In this document: positions 28,601-37,800 of the stretch, one piece after another | Layout: each line of letters starts with the position of its first letter | Numbering within the stretch: position 1 is the first letter of the stretch | Assembly (NCBI GenBank): GCA_964252035.1 | Contig: OZ176200.1 | Reading direction: 5' to 3' (one strand) | DNA length: 64,000 nucleotides | Origin: Podarcis erhardii | Lineage: Eukaryota | Position numbers and translations under genes: made by a program | The notes under the pieces: generated by a model | Told to the model about the DNA's origin: nothing | Databases searched by the model: none | Seen by the model: the letters and a program-made list of their open reading frames with translations, nothing else

Positions 28601-31600
28601 TAAGTGAGACACCAGAATGTGTGCCTGATTCTTTTTCTCCGCAACACCAACAGACATGGAGAAACCAAAAGCACTGCCCTTTTCCAGTGTCTGAAAGGCG
28701 CAGTGTGCAAGATGATGGTGATGAAGATGACGATACAGGATCTGATACAGAAAGTGATTGTAACACTGAAATTCTACTAAGTGAGAATACCTCCTTAGTA
28801 AAGACCCACAGACTTCGAAGCTACAGTCTTCGTGACCTGCCTCTGCACAATAAATTCAGCAACTGGTGTGGTGTGCAGGGAGGTTCTCGTTCTTCTTTAA
28901 CTAGCCTGACTAGAAGTGCTGGTGATATCCACAGCCAGGCAGAAAGGAAGACCATTAACACAAGAGCACCTGAAGCAGAAGAGAGATCCCAGCTTAGTGA
29001 AAGGAGAGCCAGGGAGATTGAGGGGCTCCGAAGAGAGCGTGCCCAGATTATGTCTAGCATACACTTAGAAATGAACCAGCATCCTCTTACTGTGGAACTT
29101 ACTGAAGCAAAGCTGAATTATGGCATTGGAGAAACAGATGCCCAGCTGAGGATTCTTCAGAGTGGAGTAGTCGAGGACTTGACATCAGTACCCATAAAAC
29201 AGCGACTCTATGAAAGGTAAATTACTTTACATTTAAAACAATAGAAAATTGGCTAGAAGTAGTGCTTTTCAATCTTGAATATTTCTTTTTAGTTTATTAC
29301 TACAGAATCTGTTGGATGTATTTGTTTAGAACGGGGGGGGGGGGGTTATTGGTTTGTTTTTGTTCTTATTTTTGTTTTGTATTTTATTATGTATTTTGTG
29401 TCTCTTATAATGTAATTCCATGTTGTGAACCACCCTGAGATCTATGGCTATAGGGCAGCGTACAAATTTAATAAACAACAACAGAACCAGGTGTTCTGAA
29501 GACCCAAAGCAGCTGCTGACAACAGCCTCCATGTGTCTCATTCCCCCATTCTGTAATAATGCAGCATATTCTCTTCATGATGCAGCATATTCTCTTCCCG
29601 CCCCTGACAGCCTTCATTGAGGTAAGGTTGGGAGAAGAGAAACTTAGACTTGGTTTGACTAACCAGGACCACATGAATTGGTCCTTGACAGCCCCTTTTG
29701 CTTTCCGGCTGCACTGAGCCAAACCAAGGTTCGGCTTAGTGCACCATCCAAACCTGGGATTGTGATTAAGCTCTCTCCTCACTAATCATGAGCTTCAGCC
29801 AAGGTCTGTTCCGACACCATCATCCTGGAAAAGTTATATCAGCTGTTACAGAGAGGAAAGTTGGGGACTTCACTTAGAACAGGCTTCCTCAAACTCAGCC
29901 TTCCAGATGTTTTTGAGACTACAATTCCCATCATCCCTGACCACTGGTCATGCTAGCTATGGATCATGGGAGTTGTAGGCCAAAAACATGTGGAGGGCTG
30001 AGTTTGAGGAAACCTTACTTAGAGCTACTGTTTTCAGCAACAGCCTTATATCTCATGTAATCCAACTCTCATTCTTCCCTCAAAGTTGCAAGAGTTTCAT
30101 TAGGTAGAGGAGATATAGATATAGATGATACAGATATAGATATAGATATAGATATAGATATAGATATAGATATAGATATAGATATAGATATAGATATGAA
30201 TGAATAAGCCACTTCAAGGGCATGATTATCATTTCAACAACATCAACATCTATTCAGCACCGCCACTTATCATTGCTCCTAATTCTTCTCTGACATAGTT
30301 AAGGCAGTGGTAGGTAGTGTTAAGAATTCCAATCTGCTGACAAAGCTGCCATACACAATACACCAGGGCAGCAGTGAAAATACAATGATAAAACTCTTTA
30401 GCAGATAAAGATGCAGTCCAGTACTCACTAGCCTGGGAGTAAGCCCCATAAATTCCATTGGCACTCACGTCTGAGTAATTATTCTTAGGATCAACCTGTA
30501 TGTCTGAAAGTAGGATTTTATCACTAGTACCTAAAAATTATTCTTCCATTGAGACTGAAAACTCAGATGGCCCTAAATTTTATATGAAGTATCAACCTTT
30601 CTCTCCCCCCCATCCCCACTATAGGCACAGGAAGTCAATTGAAATACTGAGAAAGCAGCGGGAGGAGAAGCTTCAGTGTTTCAGAAGGAGCCGTAGCCTC
30701 AGCCCACAAAAGCATCTCAGCCTTTTGCAGACAGTGGAAACGAACCAGAGGGATTTAGATCTCCCTAGCCGCCGCCGCGAATACCTACAACAACTGAGAC
30801 GGGATGTTGTGGAAAATACAAGGTAGAGATGGCCAAGGGCCTTTACTGGTGTCAAAACACTCATATTGTATGACAGCACTGATGATACATTTGAGGAGAC
30901 TGGAAGATAGCTCATATTCATGTTCCAGCCAGCTGAAGGCCTTATTTGCTCCGTCTGAACTCTCTTCTCAGCCATTAAAACAAAATCGTATCTCAAGAAG
31001 GGTGGTCTTGGAAGTAGATAGAAGTATTCTTTTCCCCTTATTATTATTCTCTTGCTTCATTTCCTGGGTTGTTGTCAAACTGAATTCTCCCCATAATCCT
31101 TCACTAAAGGATTTTTCAGTCGGGAAGAAGCACAATCCACACCACATCCCGTGATTTCTGCTTGAAAAAGATATTGTAGAATTGGAAAAGCTAAAGGCGA
31201 AAGCAATATTATTATTTTTTTGTAAAGTGCATTCTCATTCTAGTGTCATAAAGCAGTGCTTGCTCTAATATTTACCACTATTAATAAAAGACAATGATTG
31301 TAACAAATTTTTCATTCCCCCCCAAGAATTCAAGAACCAAAAAAGATCCAGCATCCTTCGGAGATCGAGTTGCTGCTCCGAGATTACCAGAGGGCGCGAG
31401 AGGAGACCAAAATGGAAATTGCACGAGCCAGGGATAAGCTTCGGGAAAGAGCTGAGCAAGAAAAGAGGCGCATTCGAGAGCAGATGCACTCTCAGCTACA
31501 GAAGGCAAGTTCTAAACCACTGAAGATTGTGTCTATTTAGAGGCATGTGATGCAATAACCTTTCTAAAGCAAAGCCAGTACAGTATCATCAGTGCATGGA

Positions 31601-31776
31601 TGAGAGACGGCATGGGGACCCCATGTATACCACCTTGATTTCCACAGAAGGAAACTGGGATATAAACACATTAAATAGGTAGAACACAGTTTATCACTCA
31701 TGGAAATGGCACCCCACCCCAATGTCAGAAGGTTTTGAGCTGCATCCACATTTTTGTCCTAAAAATGCTAAACAGC

Positions 31777-31830
<54 letters not shown>

Positions 31831-34800
31831 TATTTATACCCTGCCCATCTGGCTGGGTTTCCCCAGCCACACTGGGTAGCTCCCAACAGAATATTAATGT
31901 TAATAATAAAAAAGTGATACACATCAAACTTTAAACATTTCTCTAGTAGTACAGGAGCAACTGACTAAAATTAACCAACAAAAATAATGATAATCAGTTA
32001 TTTCCATTTTTCAGATTAGAATTTAACTATTTAAGCTATTTGTCTAAATGTAACAGGATTATATACCCCCAAAATATGCATCCCACAAACAGAAAAAAAT
32101 CCCAACTACAGATTCAGAAAGAGCCCCAATAAGCCTATGTACACACACATCCTGTAGATCCTCACACCTTTTTTTGGGCAGATGCCCAATATTCATCAGA
32201 GAAGTGAACTGAGGAGTAATCAGTTTCCCCCATTTTTTGCAGAAACCACCTATGCAGAGTGCAAATTGATTGGTCCATGTAACAGCTATCAGTTATGCCA
32301 CCTCCTTCCTAGCTGGCCGTACAGTCTGTTAATTAGCAAACCCTTGTGGCAATCATGAAGACACCCCCCACTTGCCTGGAATAATGTTTCAAGGTTGTTG
32401 TTATTGTGTGTGCTTGTTTTAAAACCCTGCATTTGATTTTTAATTTTTTAAAGAGGACTCTGAATTAAGATGCCAAGTGTCTGGAAGGGGTGGAAATCAA
32501 TGCTAGATTCAGAGTCAGGTGTGCACATCAGAAGAAAATGCCCTGGTTCCCATAGGTAGCTTAAATTTCTCATAAAGTTGTCAGTTGCTTATGTTTTCAG
32601 GAAATCTATTACATGTATGTTAAGCAAAAGTGAAGACAGGACCAGTCACTCACTTTAGCATCATTAGGTAAATTGCAAGCTGGAAAAAATGAAAAACTAA
32701 ATCGAAATGAGATATTAAAAAAGAGCTAGATGGAAAATAAGCATCTTAAGTGGTTGTGTGAACAAACTCCAAAACTATTTGCTTTTCTAGAATTAATAAC
32801 ATTGGTCTGTTAATTACAGGAAGAAACCAAACTGAAGACCCTTGTAAGCACAAGCACTTTATGCACAGATTCCACCCTCAGTCTGTCTTCAGGACCAACA
32901 TCTGGATACAACAGTAGTAACACAGGCACTTATCTTGCTAGCATCCTTGGCAAACAAGAATGCCAGGTAAAACAAAAACTTATGTGTCAAAGAAGCGTAA
33001 GGGTAGTACAAATTGATGCTTGGCTTGTTGTTCTTTAGTCATTTAGTCGTGTCTGACTCCTCATGACCCCATGGACCAGAGCACGCCAGGCACTCCTGTC
33101 TTCCACTGCCTCCCGCAGTTTCATCAAATTCATGTTGGTAGTTTCAAGAACATTGTCCAACCATCTCATCCTCTGTCGTCCCCTTCTCCTTGTGCCCTCC
33201 ATCTTTCCCAACATCAGGGTCTTTTCCAGGGAGTCTTCTCTTCTCATGAAGTGGCCAAAGTATTGGAGTCTCAGCTTCAGAATCTGTCCTTCCAGTGAGC
33301 ACTCAGGGCTGATTTCCTTAAGAATGGATAGGTTTGATCTTCTTGCAGTACATGAGACTCTCAAGAGTCTCCTCCAGCACCATAATTCAAAGGCATCAAC
33401 TCTTTGGCGATCAGCCTTCTTTATGGTCCAGCTCTCACTTCCATACCTCACTACTGGGAAAACAATGTGTGTCAGTGAAGGAAATACAGTGGGTGGAATT
33501 CAACATTGTGATGCCAAAAGTTCCGATGCCCTTGAACACCGCCCCCCCGCAAAAAAAGTGGCCTTTTGCAAGGAAATTGCCACACCCACTTTATCACGAG
33601 ACCTTGGAGAGTTGGTCATGGGTCAGTATTGTCTTTGGCCTGAAAAGTGCTAGTCACACCTTATTTAGGGCATAAAAAAGTGAAGCAAGCATGTAATTTC
33701 TTTGGAAGTTTGCTGCAGAAGCCACAAAGGGTAACAGAAGGCAAGGAAAGGGGACTGTCTGATAATTGAGCTGATAGATTTGAGTGTGGCTAATGGTTTT
33801 CCCCTGTGAGTGCACATTGCCTTTTTTTTTTTTCTATCTAGCAGACTTCTCCCAAAGAAGCAGAACACACAAGAGACGATGCAAGAGGCCGCTCATCTAT
33901 CAGAAACCGTCAGCTTTATGTACTTGAACAGCTTCAAAAGGGTTCTGCAATTGGTGAGGGTTAAATAAATCTGCTTATCATGAATTCCATGGGATCGGTC
34001 ATCTGTTTTTTAAAAGGAGAGAAGTAAACTAGCCATGGCATTATAAAGCAGTTAGCAGATACAGTAGCTATTTCACACGTTGCAAGAAAATGCAGGTCTC
34101 CAAATTTCCCAGCAAGTTAGCAACATCTTATGGCACACTTCAATGGGAAATATGTATTACCTTCATAGAATTATAGAACTGAACAAGACCATGAGGGTCA
34201 CATTGTAAAATTCATGGGGGAGAAGAATATCAATATTAAATCAATTGGATGTATGTCTGCTGATAGGAATGCACTGGAACCTTTGCTATTGTACACTTCC
34301 TTGGTAAATACCTGACTCAAGCGATGGGCTAACTCAGGGGTAGGCAAACTAAGGCCTGGGGGCCGGATGCGGCCCAATCGCCTTCTCAATCCGGCCTGCC
34401 GATGGTTTGGGGATCAGGGTGTTTTTACATGAGTAGAATGTGTGCTTTTATTTAAAATGCATCTCTGGGTTATTTCTGGGGCATAGGAATTTGTTCATTT
34501 ACCCCCAAAAAAATATAGTCCGGCCCACCCCATGGTCTGAGGGACAGTGGTCTGGCCCACAGCTGGAAAAGGTTGCTGACCCCTGGGCTAACTCCTTTCA
34601 GCTCAGCAATGAGATGACGATTATGAGCATCATTGGAGAAGACACTCCCATCCAGTCCTCCGTTTTCAGTTCTTTATTGGCTCATAATTCTTTGTGCATG
34701 TATTGCTCTCCAAATTGCATATATGTTCACACATGCTGCTTGAGAAATGTAGTGTGGGAGTCAGGGAAGGCAGCTGTGAGCAAAGATCATCCATTGAGCA

Positions 34801-37800
34801 CAAAATCTCCGATGCATGAAACTCCTCCACTCCAACCCACCCCAACAAGTGAAAAAAACAAGCAAACAACCAATCAGGAAACAAATGCAACCAACGAATC
34901 AGGAAACAAATTCACAACTTTGACCTTATGGAGCAAGTGGAGTTTTGCTTTGGTGCAATACTTACCTGTTGTAGAGCTCTTGCTTGGTTAAGATCCAAAT
35001 GGACAGTCTCCACGAGGATTGGGCTGCAAATGTGTAAGTACAACAGACTTCAACCTTGGAAATTCCCAACCCAACCGATTTCTCTGGAGCAAAGATGTTC
35101 TGTGTATTGTATTTTTTAAACCTCTAGTTGACCATGGGTCCATAGGGGTGGCCATGTTAGACTTGTTACACCTTAGACTAGCAAATTTGGTCAATAGAGG
35201 ATGGAGTTCAAGGAATCAGCTTCTGACATAAAGCCAGCAGCAATAGTCACACTGAGTGCCTAGTATGATGAGTGCAGACCATGCATGAATTTGTAACTCT
35301 TCATTTAAATTATGAGGAAGAATTTCAGGGTGAGGGAGCTCACCTCAGAATACTTCTGGGCATCACAGCTGGGAATATCTCCACTCTTGTTTTTGAACCT
35401 AGGTAGTATCACTACCTGTTTGCTAAACAGACTGTTGAACAGATTCACTAAATATCATGCATGTGCAAAAGAATCATCCAAATCAAATCCAGCTCTCTGC
35501 AGCATCTGTTGTGGCATCGATTCCTTATTTGTCTCATCTCTTTCAGAGACTTTTCCTATGACCTCTTCATCTATGGGAAGGAGCAGTATCCCGTCACCAC
35601 TTGCTTCCAGCCATAGGTATTCTCATAGCCTAGTTGTTTCACCTAGCGCCTTCCCATCCTCTCCTACGAAAGGATATGAAGATCTGTCCAAACACGTCTT
35701 GGCCAATGCTACTGCAGAGGTGAGTGGGTGAATGTGATGGTGGCTCTTTTTTTATCTGGCCTAGAGGAGGCTGTAGAAAAGCTTTATACATTTGCTGCTT
35801 AACTTTCCCTTTAACAGGGCCTCCTCACATCTGATATTTTTCATACATGGGGGCAACATCTACATAAGAAAGAATGTGTAGGGTCCTGACACTAGCAGTA
35901 TAATTTCTTTGGTTGTGTGTATATCTGAAAGATGCTGAGAATACAGCTCCTATACACACATAATGGCAACAAAAAAAGCACTGACATGATTTTTTTCACA
36001 ATTGTCTACAACTGTTTTCCTTATACAGAGGTTGGGTCCATTAATGCAAGCTGTCCTTTGTGAGATGGCCCTATGTAATCTGAGGAAATGCAAATGGTAC
36101 AAAATTCACTGCTTTAAAGCTGCAAGAAAATACCAGTGTATTCTGCTGAATGTGAAACATTGCTTTAATGAGAGAGGGAATCAGAAGATTCTCCAGAGAG
36201 AACAATAGATATCCTTTTATCTGTCCAAGTGTACTTTCCCACCATTGGATAAGAAAACCAAGACCTAAAGTGTGGTAGTACATCGAGCCACAGTGTTCCA
36301 TAATAATCTCACTGTCTGTTTTTAATCTGAAGTGAAAATGTTTTGTACGATTGCAGTTTATACATCTGAAAGGACCTTAACATAGTTTGAACATATTTGT
36401 CGAGGTCTGGTTTAGAAAAAACACTGAAAATGCATTTATATATCTGAAACAGCAACTCGTGATTTTGACCAGCTGCTGCATTTTTTATCCAGCATGGTGG
36501 ATGTTTTTATAATGACAACAAATGGGAGTATGAATTACGATCCAAGGAAAGCAGCAGTTTATGCTTCCCAGTTAGCCTGCTTGTTTACTATGAAAGTTCT
36601 TCAAAAAATAGCAAAACATAGTTTCCAGTCTCTATATTTTAATGGATAATTTCATTAATGAATAATTTTATGGCATTCACAAGAGGATACTGAATTCCAT
36701 TCTCAAGCTGAGCTCAGTCACAGAATTGAAACAAAGCTGAATCAAATGTAAGGGATTTGTAACGACTATAACAAGGAATTTTAATTGCTTTCAAAGGTTA
36801 TGGCGGTATGCTCAAATGACCTGAGGAATCTTTACAATGGCCAGGCAACAGCTGGTTGGAAGTAAGTTTATAGCAACTGTTCCTTCAAGTATTCTCAAGA
36901 CTCTTTTTATTATATTCTTAATGAAAATGCGCTTTCATGTTGCCTTTCCAATCAGATACCAATGTGTGGAGAAGGATGTATTAGTTTATTATAAAGCCTT
37001 CTCATCTTCAGCAACCAAACATGGATTCCTGGGAGCAGGCACGATCAACAAACCCCTTTCCACCGTTTTGTGCATGTTGAAGGATCCTAGTAAGAGACAT
37101 CTATATGACAAAACCATTACCACGGCTCAAGTGCATAAGAAAATCACCAGCAACATTGAGCTGGGTGAGTATGAAAAGGAGCAGGTGGGAGGAGAATCAT
37201 AACCCTTCCCTCCACCCGCTGCTTTCCCCCCTAAAACCCTCCTCCCAGATTTCCTGAGACATGTTTGCTGCATTGTGGGAACAAACAGCTGGGAGAACAG
37301 CTAGGTTAATCCTCCAAGTGCTGTATTTTTTTAATGCGAAGTCTGACTGAAGTTTGCCTAAATGAATGGGGAAATGGTTCTCATTTCTACTCTATGGATT
37401 TAATTCCAGTGTACGTGGTGAGTGACGTTTCTTTGTGCTACCAGAAGCAACCAAGAGACTTCTGCTGCATCTCTGTAGAAGCCAAAGAGGTAACTATATC
37501 AAGGTTCAATATTCCTCATCCAACACAGTGTAAGAAAAATAAAAACTAGTTTTGTGATGAAAGTTGGACACCTTTCATACAATATCACTGCAACAATATT
37601 TTATTGACTAGCTTTTTACTTACCATAGCATTTTAATTATGTGTTATATCCGAGCTTTTTTATGCTCTCTATTGCAATTAACTCTCTTGTTTGGGGACTT
37701 TATTATTTTTTGCTATGTTACAGGTTTTGGTTTTGGTTTATCTATTGATAGGTGATTCCATAAATTTTATCAATAATTACAATTTTGGATCCCATGCTAC

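Noticed and set aside
19545-29060. Many 60-136 aa ORFs on the minus strand and in alternative frames within the giant exon
   Set aside because: They are short shadows of the long + strand ORF, with no splice signals or recognisable domains.
31694-31934. Poly-Leu, poly-Asn and poly-Ile ORFs
   Set aside because: They are translations of the (TAA)17 microsatellite.
35312-35546. ORF extending 235 nt upstream of the 35547 exon
   Set aside because: A strong pyrimidine tract and AG at 35546 gives the required phase 1; the open intron stretch is consistent with chance.
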